From Thermoplasmatota archaeon (GTDB lineage: Archaea; Thermoplasmatota; Penumbrarchaeia; Penumbrarchaeales; Penumbrarchaeaceae), in the NCBI GenBank assembly GCA_965234725.1, contig CBDDUX010000060.1:1-59756 (forward strand): a stretch of DNA of 59,756 nt, written 5' to 3'. This document shows positions 41,530 to 51,299 of the stretch, in pieces. The position numbers were made by a program, and so were the translations under genes. The notes beneath the pieces are model-generated. The model worked only from the letters and a program-made list of their open reading frames with translations, was not told the DNA's origin and did no database searches. Position 1 is the first letter of the stretch. Every line of letters begins with the position of its first letter.

Positions 41530-42801
41530 ATGGTATACCCGTTCTGCCATGCATGCAAAGGGACCAAGGACATGTGCGGTCTGGGAAATTGCCCCCTCCT
41601 GGATGAGGTTAGGACCAAGGTCCGGCCTCTGGATCTCTCGGGTTCCCTTATGGAAGGGCCATCCCCACCTTCCGTCTTCGTTGGAAGTTCAGGTTATCCA
41701 AAACTGACCATAGGCCCCCTGGCATCCCCAATACCCCTTCCCATGCCTGAAAGGCTGGAGAAGCCGTATTTCCTCTACGATCGGACCATCTCGGATGTCT
41801 ATTCCATAAGGTCCTCACTTGTAAGGGGAAGATACAAAGTGGATGTAAAAATGGCAGGAGGGGGGAGGGGAGGAGGTTCTGAACCCCTCTACAGGATCGA
41901 GAACAGACTGCCTATCAGAGGTAGGAAAATACTGACTTCAGTTCAGGAGCTCGCCCTTTCAGCAAGATCGCTGGATACTGAAATGAGGCTTACAAAGGAC
42001 CTGAAGAGGTCCTTTCCTGTATCTGTGGATGCAATTTCAATGCCCATGGGTCCTGCAGTTGATCTGAGGTCGGTGGAACTTATAGGAAATCCACGGGTTC
42101 CTGTTCCGGTAGAAAAAGGAGCATCCGACACAGATGCAAAGGCATCGACACTTGTTGGAGAGCTCTACAGGGAAGGGATACCACCTGATCATCTTGTAAG
42201 ATTGCTATCAGTTGGTATGCTCGGAGAGGGGAAGAGAAGGAAGATAGTCCCCACAAGATGGTCAATCACCGCCGTGGACGATATGCTCTCACTTCAAAAG
42301 AGGGAGAAGGTCATGGAACTTCCGGAACTGGACAGATTCCTTCTTTACAGCGGGAGTCGGTTCGGGAACAACTTCCTGATTGCCTTGTTCCCTCCTCCGT
42401 TCAGGTTCGAGATGATGGAACAGTGGCAAAAAGGGTCCCTTTGGGGTGCTGGTTCTATTGTGATCGACAAGGAGGGACCCATGGGAAGAAAGGATTATGC
42501 TTCCGGCATCACAGGAGCATACTATGCTGCCCGATTATCCGTCCTGGAGCACCTTGAAACTATGGGGAGATGCGGAGGAGCATCCGTGATAAGATGGATA
42601 ACCGATGAATACTGGGCACCTTTGGGAGTGTGGGTCATACGGGAAACAGTGCGAAGGTCATTGATGGAGGATCCTTTGGAATTCCAGGACATGAGGGATT
42701 TGATCAAAGGGGTGGATGCGAAATGTGGGATGAAGGGTTGGAGAGAGAAGACAGTTCACCTATCAGGCAAAGAGGATACCTCACTTGACCGATTCCTTTA
42801 G
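41530..42801 (+). CDS. nreA: Archaeal Nre family DNA repair protein
   Basis: C..CKG...CG...CP, SPPSVFVG..GYP, VPTRWSITAVD, GAYYAARL, PLGVW.IRE; C-terminal PIP-like TSLDRFL. Confidence 0.92.
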   Translation: MVYPFCHACKGTKDMCGLGNCPLLDEVRTKVRPLDLSGSLMEGPSPPSVFVGSSGYPKLTIGPLASPIPLPMPERLEKPYFLYDRTISDVYSIRSSLVRGRYKVDVKMAGGGRGGGSEPLYRIENRLPIRGRKILTSVQELALSARSLDTEMRLTKDLKRSFPVSVDAISMPMGPAVDLRSVELIGNPRVPVPVEKGASDTDAKASTLVGELYREGIPPDHLVRLLSVGMLGEGKRRKIVPTRWSITAVDDMLSLQKREKVMELPELDRFLLYSGSRFGNNFLIALFPPPFRFEMMEQWQKGSLWGAGSIVIDKEGPMGRKDYASGITGAYYAARLSVLEHLETMGRCGGASVIRWITDEYWAPLGVWVIRETVRRSLMEDPLEFQDMRDLIKGVDAKCGMKGWREKTVHLSGKEDTSLDRFL

Positions 42802-43896
42802 CGAATCCAAGGTGTTATCGATCCTTAAAAGGGCCTCTTTAAGATCGCTGTAAACCCCGGCAAGGCTGATCCTGAATCCACGATCCTGATGGAAGAACTC
42901 CCCTGGTATCACCCTTACCTCACTCTGATCGTACAATCTCTCTGAAAGGTCCACAGACGAGATATCTTGTTCATACATCAGGAAACCCACAGCACATCCA
43001 TCAGGTGATGACCAGTATACATCGTCCCTGCCTGCCGCCCACTGGGAGACAAGTTTCTCATTTTCCCTTATCGATCTGAAATACGGTGGGAGGACCTTAT
43101 GAGAGTTCCTGAGGACCTCCAGGGCCATGACGTTGGCCATATGGTTGACCATCGGGGTGGAATAGATCTTCAATCTCTTTGCCCTGTTGATCATCCTTTT
43201 TGGTCCTATGAGCCAACCTCCCATTAGACCCCCGGCCCCATAGACCTTCGTGACAGATGATGATACCATGGCCTTGTCATAGACTTCCGCAAGCGAAGGG
43301 AATGCCCTTACGGGGCCATCATTCGAGAAATTCATGGCGAAATCACGATATACCTCGTCAGAAAGGGAATATGTACCATGCTTTTCCAGAATGTGGGAGA
43401 TCTCTTTTAGGTCTGGCTCGAGCAGAGCCCTTCCAGTTGGATTGTTCAGATTCTGCATAATGAACAGGTCACAACCGGTTGATAGCTTCTCATCCAGCTC
43501 ATCGAGATCGAAACGGAAGGCCGGATATCTTCTCTTGATGGTTATCACATTAGCTCCTAAAGCTTTGGGTATCTCTATCAGTGGAGTGTAGATCGGTTTC
43601 TCCACAAGGACGTTTGAGCCAGGTTTGATAGAGGAGAGAAATGCCAGCCAATTGGCCTCGGAACATCCGTTGGTAAGAAGGATGTGAGATTGGGGCACCT
43701 GATACATTTCTGAGAGATGGTCCACAAGCTCCTGTCTGCCAAGGGGTGAGGATGCCGGAAGCAGAGAGAGGTCCACCTTATCGGAAATGACCTTATTCCA
43801 GTCCGGTTTAATATTTGACCAGGCAAGGTCGAACCTTGGTGGCGGTCTCTCATTTATCCATTGGACATGTCTGAAGGGGGGAAGCTCTATGAACAA
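42781..43896 (-). CDS. PLP-dependent aminotransferase class I/II
   Basis: NLNNPTG, DEVY, SSVTKVYG (PLP lysine), FRIS. TTG start at 43896 follows SD GAGGTGAT. Confidence 0.9.
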   Translation of the reverse strand: MFIELPPFRHVQWINERPPPRFDLAWSNIKPDWNKVISDKVDLSLLPASSPLGRQELVDHLSEMYQVPQSHILLTNGCSEANWLAFLSSIKPGSNVLVEKPIYTPLIEIPKALGANVITIKRRYPAFRFDLDELDEKLSTGCDLFIMQNLNNPTGRALLEPDLKEISHILEKHGTYSLSDEVYRDFAMNFSNDGPVRAFPSLAEVYDKAMVSSSVTKVYGAGGLMGGWLIGPKRMINRAKRLKIYSTPMVNHMANVMALEVLRNSHKVLPPYFRSIRENEKLVSQWAAGRDDVYWSSPDGCAVGFLMYEQDISSVDLSERLYDQSEVRVIPGEFFHQDRGFRISLAGVYSDLKEALLRIDNTLDSLKESVK

Positions 43897-44009
43897 ATTA
43901 TCACCTCGTACCAACCAACAAGGTGATAAATGGATATATACATTAACAAACCGCCTTATGGCAGGGGGATCATCATCTGAAGGGGGCAGGGAAGGGACCA
44001 GACCATGCA

Positions 44010-46271
44010 TTGGCCATTAAGGTCCCCGGGAACCATTCGATCTTCTATCATGGAGTCCTGATGCTCACTGTCCTCATTCTCCTCCAATCGTTCAAGGAGA
44101 CCATCTCCTCGGTATACTACTTCAGCCTCGTTGAAATGGGACTGACACCATGGATAATTGCACTAACGATCTTCTTAGCCCCTCTCCTGATCGGCCCTCT
44201 AACAAAAAAGCTGGGATGGAGGAACTCCTACATACTTCTAGGGGCTGTCATGGCCTCCAGCAGACTACCTATGGGATTCGGTCTGGACCAGCCATTCCAC
44301 CTTTCATTCTCTTTGTTATCCCTTGCATCATCTACCATGATGCTCTCACTTCTTTTCGCCTTCCACAGGAGGGAAAGAACGATCGATCCCGATGTATTTT
44401 CCTCCCAGTCAATGACCGCATCGTTCGTCATTGCATTAATGCTCATGGTCTCATTCCGTCTTGCAGGTTCCGGAATGGATATCACGATCGTTCCCAAAGC
44501 CACAGGATACCTGGTCTCACCTGCCCTTTCTGGCGTTATATCCCTCGGTTTGGGTGCAATGGTCTACTGCCAGAGAAAGAGCCAGATCCTCGATGACACA
44601 AGGAAGGGAGATGAAAGACCCGGATATGAGGTGACCGGGGGGGCCTCGGATTCATGGATGCCGGCTCTGGGCCTGGGTGCATTCCTTTTCGTATCCACAT
44701 CGGTCCTGACGGACCCTCATGTCATCACAGCCTGGATCGGAGAGGATTTCACAACAGTTTCATCATTCACCATCATCATCATGGGTCTGTTCATATTCTC
44801 TCTAACATCCGGTATGTCCTGGTTGACAGCCCTCAGGAGAGGATTCTCAAATCCGTGGGGGGCTCTTATTGGGAATGCGATCCTGATCGGAGGTGCATTC
44901 AATTTCTTTTATATCGGCATTAACGTAGGTATCTCCCCGATCGCTTTCACCTGGATAGCCATGGTCGATCTCTGGGTTGTCCTTGATGCTATAACCGATA
45001 GTGCCCCATTTGCAGGAGAACCCATGGAAATTGAAAGGAGGGACGGGACATGGAAAACGATCGGATTTCCCGGATCCAAGAAAATTAGACACTCTCCCTG
45101 GCATTTCGGGGTGATCCTGACCACTGTTGTGGGCATTTCGTTCCTTCTGGTCCTCCTGGTGACCTATTCTCTGAACTGGTCGTTCCTACCCTTCGGTAGC
45201 ATTTTCAAAGGAGGAATAACCGTCATGATGATGCTATCCGTAATCCTTCTCGCAATAGGAGGTTTCTCCTGTTCAAAGGGAACCATGGAGGAGCCAGCTG
45301 GAAATTTGCAGAAAAGTCTCATGCTCGAAAGGGGTTCCCCTGCAGTAGCAGCCGGTGAAGGGTCAGGTCATCTTCATACAGGTGACGGCAGATCCAGGAG
45401 ATTGAGGAACCTGTTCATTGCCATTGGCTCGGTAACCATGGTCATCATTCTGATGTCCGGGGGCTTCACCTTTGCTTTCCATTCGATAAAAGTGGATGAA
45501 AGCGGCCTTGATCCGGGAGATATGCTAACGGTCGTGACCTACAACATCCATCATGGTTTCTCCAACTCGGGAAGGATGGACCCGGTTCCCCATCTCGAAG
45601 TATTGAAGGACCTTGATCCGGACATCATATTCCTTCAGGAGGCCGATTCCCTCAGGATCGTGGAAGGAAACGTCGACCCCGGAGCATACCTTGCCAATAA
45701 GCTGGGAATGTATTATTTCAGAGGCGCTAAACCCGGACTGGGAAATCCTGGGACCGGGATCCTTTCCAGATTTCCTCTGAAGGATCTTGAGATCATCGAA
45801 TTGAGGTCAGATGACATCTCCAGGATCGCAGTGAGATGTATTGCTGACCTTGGCTCTAAGGAGGTGGGGTTGATCAATGTTCATTTCGGATTGGAGGAAA
45901 ATGAGAGAAAGATGCAGTTCGAAGACCTATTCTCCCTGATCTCTGAAATGAAGAACATGACATTGATAGTGGGCGGGGACCTGAATACGCACCCAGATGA
46001 GGAGATGATCATTCCTCTGGATCAGGAATCCTTTGGAGGAGGAGTTCAGATCAACAGGACCACATATGATCTCAGAAGCGCCTGGCATTCCACCGAGGAG
46101 GGGTGGGAGGACCCATCGAGACCGACGTTTCCTGCAGAGGGCCTGGACCTCGAGAAAGAACATATTGACTATATCATGGTCACAAGCGATCTGGAGGTCA
46201 TGGAGGCGGGGATCGGATCCGGAAAAGGAGCCTCCGATCATCGCCCGGTATGGGCCAAGTTAAGGATATAG
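44010..46271 (+). CDS. Multi-pass membrane protein with a C-terminal endonuclease/exonuclease/phosphatase domain (CWH43/PGAP2IP-like)
   Basis: About 12-14 TM helices, then TYNIH, LQE, GILSRFP, GDLN, IDYI, SDH. Confidence 0.85.
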   Translation: MAIKVPGNHSIFYHGVLMLTVLILLQSFKETISSVYYFSLVEMGLTPWIIALTIFLAPLLIGPLTKKLGWRNSYILLGAVMASSRLPMGFGLDQPFHLSFSLLSLASSTMMLSLLFAFHRRERTIDPDVFSSQSMTASFVIALMLMVSFRLAGSGMDITIVPKATGYLVSPALSGVISLGLGAMVYCQRKSQILDDTRKGDERPGYEVTGGASDSWMPALGLGAFLFVSTSVLTDPHVITAWIGEDFTTVSSFTIIIMGLFIFSLTSGMSWLTALRRGFSNPWGALIGNAILIGGAFNFFYIGINVGISPIAFTWIAMVDLWVVLDAITDSAPFAGEPMEIERRDGTWKTIGFPGSKKIRHSPWHFGVILTTVVGISFLLVLLVTYSLNWSFLPFGSIFKGGITVMMMLSVILLAIGGFSCSKGTMEEPAGNLQKSLMLERGSPAVAAGEGSGHLHTGDGRSRRLRNLFIAIGSVTMVIILMSGGFTFAFHSIKVDESGLDPGDMLTVVTYNIHHGFSNSGRMDPVPHLEVLKDLDPDIIFLQEADSLRIVEGNVDPGAYLANKLGMYYFRGAKPGLGNPGTGILSRFPLKDLEIIELRSDDISRIAVRCIADLGSKEVGLINVHFGLEENERKMQFEDLFSLISEMKNMTLIVGGDLNTHPDEEMIIPLDQESFGGGVQINRTTYDLRSAWHSTEEGWEDPSRPTFPAEGLDLEKEHIDYIMVTSDLEVMEAGIGSGKGASDHRPVWAKLRI

Positions 46272-46321
46272 AAAATCTTTTTCTCATGGGGGTCGTTAAC
46301 CCTCTGTAAAGGAGGGAGAAA

Positions 46322-47557
46322 ATGGAAACCGGAAATGACCCGATGTCCCTGGTTGATAAAATAAAGGATGAGATGATCGGATTCACACGGGACATACTAT
46401 CCATTCCAGCGATCGCCCCGGAATCAGGGGGAGTCGGGGAGATGGAAAAGGCCGAAAGGATCCTGGAACTTGTCAAGGATTGGAATTTCGATTCTATCGA
46501 GAGATATGATTCGCCCGATGATCGGGTTCCTTCAGGCAAAAGGCCGAACATCCTCCTCCGATTGAAAGGCGAGAAACCCGAACTCCCCTCGATCTGGGTC
46601 TTTACCCACATGGATGTCGTTCCTCCCGGGGACCTGGACAAGTGGACAGGTGATCCATATACCCTGAGGATCGACGGCGATCGGATGATCGCCAGGGGGA
46701 TAGAGGATAATGGTCAGGAACTCGTGTCGTCCCTCTTCGCTGTCAAGGCGATCCTGGATTCGGGTAAAAGGCCGAAAAGGGATGTGAACCTGTTCCTGGT
46801 CGCAGATGAGGAGGTCGGGTCAGCAAAGGGAATGGTATACCTCATGAAGGAACATGAGGACCTCTTCTCGAAGGAGGACCTTTTCATCGTCCCGGATGCT
46901 GGTGAACCTGACGGTTCCATGATCGAGGTTGCCGAGAAGTCCATCATGTGGATTAAGGTGAAGACCATAGGCAAGCAGGTCCATGCATCGGTTCCCCAGA
47001 AGGGAGTCAATGCCAACCTGACTGCCATGAGATTCCTTGTGGCGATTCATGATGAGCTTCAGGAAAGATACCCTTATGAGGATACCCTATATGATTATCC
47101 CAGGTCCTCGTTCGTTCCATCAAAGAGGGAGGCAAATGTACCCAATGTCAACACAGTGCCGGGGGAAGATATCAGCTACATCGACTGCAGGGTCATGCCC
47201 CATTTCAAGGCAATGGAAGTCCTCGATTTCATCAAGTTGAGGGCCGAAGAGCATTCCAGAAAGTATGGAGTGAAGATGGAAGTCACCACGCTCCAGTATG
47301 ATCAGGCAGCTCCTCCGACCTCACCCGATCATCCGGTTGTCGGAATGATCAGGGATGCTGTGAAAGAGGTTTACGGTGTGGATGCAAAACCCCAGGGGAT
47401 CGGAGGGGGGACCTGCGCCGCCATCCTTCGAAGGGCCGGATACCCTGTGGCAGTATGGTCCAAGATGGAGGATTCCGCCCATCAGCCCGATGAAGTGGGA
47501 TTGATCAGCAACTACCTTGGTAATACCAAGGTGTTCGTAAAGGTCTTCATGATGTGA
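46322..47557 (+). CDS. M20 family metallopeptidase (ArgE/DapE-like)
   Basis: THMDVVP, RGIEDN, ADEEVG, AEK, GGGT, AHQPDE. Confidence 0.93.
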   Translation: METGNDPMSLVDKIKDEMIGFTRDILSIPAIAPESGGVGEMEKAERILELVKDWNFDSIERYDSPDDRVPSGKRPNILLRLKGEKPELPSIWVFTHMDVVPPGDLDKWTGDPYTLRIDGDRMIARGIEDNGQELVSSLFAVKAILDSGKRPKRDVNLFLVADEEVGSAKGMVYLMKEHEDLFSKEDLFIVPDAGEPDGSMIEVAEKSIMWIKVKTIGKQVHASVPQKGVNANLTAMRFLVAIHDELQERYPYEDTLYDYPRSSFVPSKREANVPNVNTVPGEDISYIDCRVMPHFKAMEVLDFIKLRAEEHSRKYGVKMEVTTLQYDQAAPPTSPDHPVVGMIRDAVKEVYGVDAKPQGIGGGTCAAILRRAGYPVAVWSKMEDSAHQPDEVGLISNYLGNTKVFVKVFMM

Positions 47558-47978
47558 TGGCCCAGATATTATTGTCATCAAGGATCTTTCTCACAAGAGG
47601 TTTGTCTCCTTCGACGAAGGTGAGGGCCCTCATACCCACTTCATCGACCCACCGGAGGTCCTGGCAGTCAATGGGTTGAGGATCACCCTCGATTAGTATA
47701 CATTTGTAAAAGAGCAGGACCACGTGCCTGATGTCTCCGTTATTGTCGTAAACGTGGGACAGGACCTCATAGAGAGGTCCAGTTCCTATTTCGATCCCCA
47801 TCTCTTCTTTCAATTCCCTCTTGAGGGCCTCTTCCGGATGCTCCCCGAAATCGACCTTCCCTCCGGGAAATTCCCACTTGCTAGGTTCGAACCTGGAATC
47901 CTCATGGCGTTGTGCGACAAGAATCCTTCCTTTCTTAGGTATAATTGCACCTGTTACCAAGAGAGGACCTTCTGGCAT
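47547..47978 (-). CDS. NUDIX hydrolase (MutT-like)
   Basis: WEFPGGKVDFGEHPEEALKRELKEEMG Nudix box. Confidence 0.93.
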   Translation of the reverse strand: MPEGPLLVTGAIIPKKGRILVAQRHEDSRFEPSKWEFPGGKVDFGEHPEEALKRELKEEMGIEIGTGPLYEVLSHVYDNNGDIRHVVLLFYKCILIEGDPQPIDCQDLRWVDEVGMRALTFVEGDKPLVRKILDDNNIWAITS

Positions 47979-48019
47979 TGTATTGAGGATGGGGTCAGGT
48001 GATTTATGGATTCCTATGG

Positions 48020-51000
48020 TCAGAAAATATCTTTCGTGTTATCCTCTGATTGAACAGGTTCCTCTTCCGATGTTTCTTCAGGCAACTCCTTCTTTTTCCT
48101 TGTTATAAAAAACACTGCCACACCTGCTCCAATAAGAAGCAAGATTACCACAATAATTATGATCAATACTATCGGAGATCCTCCATCACTTTCGGATCTC
48201 TTCATCATTGTATCGGAGCTTGAAAGCTCGGTATCCTCCATTATCTCGATACTTGAGGCCCCTTCCAATGATCGGTAACCGCTCTTTTCTATCTTCCAGG
48301 TAACCTGTCCTTCTGGTACTGAAACCAAGAAGGAACCATCTGTCCCTGTGATTACCGTGTATTCATTCCCATCGGAATCGGTTACAGTAACCTTAGCTCC
48401 TTGTATCGGCTTCCCATCTCCATCCTGGACGATTCCACTTAATGTTCCGTTGTCCAAGACCTTGATCGTGATCTTGTCTGTTCCTCTGTTCAGGAAATGA
48501 TCTGTTACTGTCAATTCTATCTCGTATTCACCCGCTTTATCAAATGTGAAGGTAACAATCTTTCCATCCAATACCTGGTCCTCTCCATTGTAATCAAACT
48601 TCCATTTGAAGGATGAGATCCCTCCATTATCCGTGGAGGAGGACCCGTCAAGGGTGACAGTTGAGCCCTTCTTCACTGTCATATCATCCCCGGCGGATGC
48701 CTTCGGCCTCTCCGTATCCGGGACCTCAACAGTTAAAGTCTTTGAATTCGAATTCTCCCATTGATCGAAAACTGTGAGAGTCACATCGATGTATCCCTGC
48801 CTCTCGAAAGTGTGGTTGAGATAAGGACCTTCGACCATCACATCCTCTCCGTCTGTGAAATTCCAGACATACTTCACTATCCTTCCGTTGTCAGTGGATG
48901 ACAATCCGTCAAGGGAAAGGGAATCTCCCTCCAGGAGTTTCGTCCTCCCTGTTATAACGGCTTCAGGATCGATGGTATCCAGAACTGTCACCTGCAAAGT
49001 TGCCGAATGAGAGTTCTCATTCGCATCTGTGACAGTAAATGTGACAGTGTAATGACCAGGAATTATGAAAGAGAATGAAGCTGTTTCACCATACAGTGTT
49101 TCCGTTCCACCTCCGTAATTGAAAGTCCAGACATATACATCGATCACATCGTTGTCTGTGCTTCTGGATCCGTCAAACTCTGCAATTACTCCATTTTGAA
49201 TCTCAATATCAGGTCCTGGAACCGCAACAGGATTCTCGGTATCGATCACAGTGACGTAGAAGTAGGAATAACCGATATTCCCCTCCGAATCGGTCACCTT
49301 CAACTGTATCTCGTGTATTCCAACCTCAGTGAACCTGAAGGATACATCCGGTCCTTTCAACACTTCTTCTTTCCCTTCATGCTGGAAGGTCCATTTGTAA
49401 TCGGAAATCGGAGAGAGGTCGGTTGTACCAACTGCAGAGAAATAAGCAAGCTCTCCCTGGTTTATAGTAAGATTTCCTTGAGTTACAATCACAGGAGCAG
49501 AACTGTCCTCTACTGTCAGGGTGAATGAATCGGTATCCGTATTCCCTGCGAAATCCGAAACGGTCAGTTCACAGTCGTATACTCCCGCGATATCAAACTG
49601 AAAATCGAACTCGGCAAGCTCCCTCACCACTTCCTCTTCTTCGTAATCGAAGGACCATTTGAAATCTGTAACCATCTGATCATCAGTGGAATCCGTTGCA
49701 TCGAAATGATACGCTTCCCCGAGGTCGATCATCATGTCAGGACCCGCTTCCGCTACTGGAAAGATGGTATCAGTGAAAATTGGATAGATATCTCTGACAT
49801 TTCCCAATACATATGGAGTATCTCCGAAACCATCTGATCCCGAATCCATCTGTTGAGGACCCATCTTCACATCCTTGTCTCCATTATAATCAGACCAGTA
49901 ATTCCCACCTGTTGGATAGATCTTGTTCCAACCTGATCCAACTGATGAATCACTTGCCTGGAGTTCATTATTAATGAACTCATTTCCCCAAATGGTCTTT
50001 CCTGTACACTCATCGATAACCAAACCGGCTACGTTATTACTAAAAACATTATTGAAAATCTGAATATCATTGGAGTTTTCTATCTTAAGGGAATAGTCTT
50101 GGTTCCTATAGAAATTATTGTTATAAATTCTTATCTTATTAGTATTCTTTATCAAGAATCCGGCTATATTGGATGTATGATTGTTTCCAATAATATTCAA
50201 GTTGTAACAACCATCAAATGCTGAATGGTACTCATTGTTATTAGTGAATATATTATTTTCTATTGTAATATTATTTGCTTTTATATTCATTGTATAATTA
50301 TTACTTCGAAATTTGTTACTTTTAATATAAATAGAATCAACATAATTGTGAGCGGAAATTGGTCTATCAATATTCTCTATTGTACAATTTATTATTTTAA
50401 CGTTTTTTCCACTGTTTAAATCTATTTGCTCTATTGAATTATATTCTCTTTTCCCAGAGAAATAACAGTCTGAAATCAGCAAAGTTTCCTCAATTCCAGG
50501 ATTAAATAGAATTGATTGCGTTGAACAATTGAAGTAACATTTTATCACTTCTAATTTATTACAATCTTTTACAGATATGCCAGAGTAACAATAGAATGAT
50601 AGATTGTATAGAGTTATATTTGATCGAATTATTTTTAAACCTCTCCCATTATCACTTAGAAAGGTGAGGTTAGATATTATGACATTATCATGAGATATCG
50701 AATTTAATATTTCATCAGGAAAATTTATGATGGGTTTTGGATTTCCAATCCCATTAATTGTTATGGATTTATTTATAATAATATTTTCAAAATATTCACC
50801 AGTATTAATAATAATAGTATCACCATTTGAACTGTTATCTATCGCATCTTGGATAGTAGTATAATCACCGGAGCCTCCTTGGTCAACTATTATTGTCCCA
50901 TTTAACTTACGACCATTCTGAATATCTCCTTCGACTCGAGATAGACTTGTCGTGGATATTATTGACATTATAACGAACAATGTGATGAAAAAAAACGGAA

Positions 51001-51043
51001 ATTTCCCAACATTAGGTTGTCTTATCAATATACTTCCCTCCAT
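48020..51043 (-). CDS. Surface protein: NosD/pectin-lyase beta-helix + 5 PKD + carboxypeptidase-regulatory-like domain + TM anchor (copy 1)
   Basis: GDYTTIQDAID N-cap, Asn-rich beta-helix, GGNYWSDY, five PKD repeats (STD....Y.W.F...G.Y...LTV.D), C-terminal TM plus RKKK. Confidence 0.9.
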   Translation of the reverse strand: MEGSILIRQPNVGKFPFFFITLFVIMSIISTTSLSRVEGDIQNGRKLNGTIIVDQGGSGDYTTIQDAIDNSSNGDTIIINTGEYFENIIINKSITINGIGNPKPIINFPDEILNSISHDNVIISNLTFLSDNGRGLKIIRSNITLYNLSFYCYSGISVKDCNKLEVIKCYFNCSTQSILFNPGIEETLLISDCYFSGKREYNSIEQIDLNSGKNVKIINCTIENIDRPISAHNYVDSIYIKSNKFRSNNYTMNIKANNITIENNIFTNNNEYHSAFDGCYNLNIIGNNHTSNIAGFLIKNTNKIRIYNNNFYRNQDYSLKIENSNDIQIFNNVFSNNVAGLVIDECTGKTIWGNEFINNELQASDSSVGSGWNKIYPTGGNYWSDYNGDKDVKMGPQQMDSGSDGFGDTPYVLGNVRDIYPIFTDTIFPVAEAGPDMMIDLGEAYHFDATDSTDDQMVTDFKWSFDYEEEEVVRELAEFDFQFDIAGVYDCELTVSDFAGNTDTDSFTLTVEDSSAPVIVTQGNLTINQGELAYFSAVGTTDLSPISDYKWTFQHEGKEEVLKGPDVSFRFTEVGIHEIQLKVTDSEGNIGYSYFYVTVIDTENPVAVPGPDIEIQNGVIAEFDGSRSTDNDVIDVYVWTFNYGGGTETLYGETASFSFIIPGHYTVTFTVTDANENSHSATLQVTVLDTIDPEAVITGRTKLLEGDSLSLDGLSSTDNGRIVKYVWNFTDGEDVMVEGPYLNHTFERQGYIDVTLTVFDQWENSNSKTLTVEVPDTERPKASAGDDMTVKKGSTVTLDGSSSTDNGGISSFKWKFDYNGEDQVLDGKIVTFTFDKAGEYEIELTVTDHFLNRGTDKITIKVLDNGTLSGIVQDGDGKPIQGAKVTVTDSDGNEYTVITGTDGSFLVSVPEGQVTWKIEKSGYRSLEGASSIEIMEDTELSSSDTMMKRSESDGGSPIVLIIIIVVILLLIGAGVAVFFITRKKKELPEETSEEEPVQSEDNTKDIF
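48237..48463. repeat. 227-bp tract identical to 53367-53593, within a ~1.8-kb imperfect repeat (about 48150-49915 vs 53280-55045)
   Basis: Base-by-base comparison at offset 5130. Confidence 0.9.
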
Positions 51044-51246
51044 TTGGATTAGATCGAATCTAATTGTTATACAGTAAATGCTTAATTCAATAAATATACT
51101 TTTTGTTACTTGAACTTTATAATTTTGAAGTGAAAAACAAGGAAATAATTATTACATAACATATATATTAAATATATTCAATAAAGATATATCAAATATC
51201 AGATGTAACTTCTGTTAAAATAATAACAATATATATAAACGTAAAT

Positions 51247-51277
51247 AAAAAAAGAAATCCTTAATAATGAGGATTTC
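51247..51277 (-). terminator. Hairpin plus T-tract after LamG copy 1
   Basis: GAAATCCT/AGGATTTC stem followed by a minus-strand T-run. Confidence 0.6.
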
Positions 51278-51299
51278 CTTTAATTCTCTGCTTTTTTAT

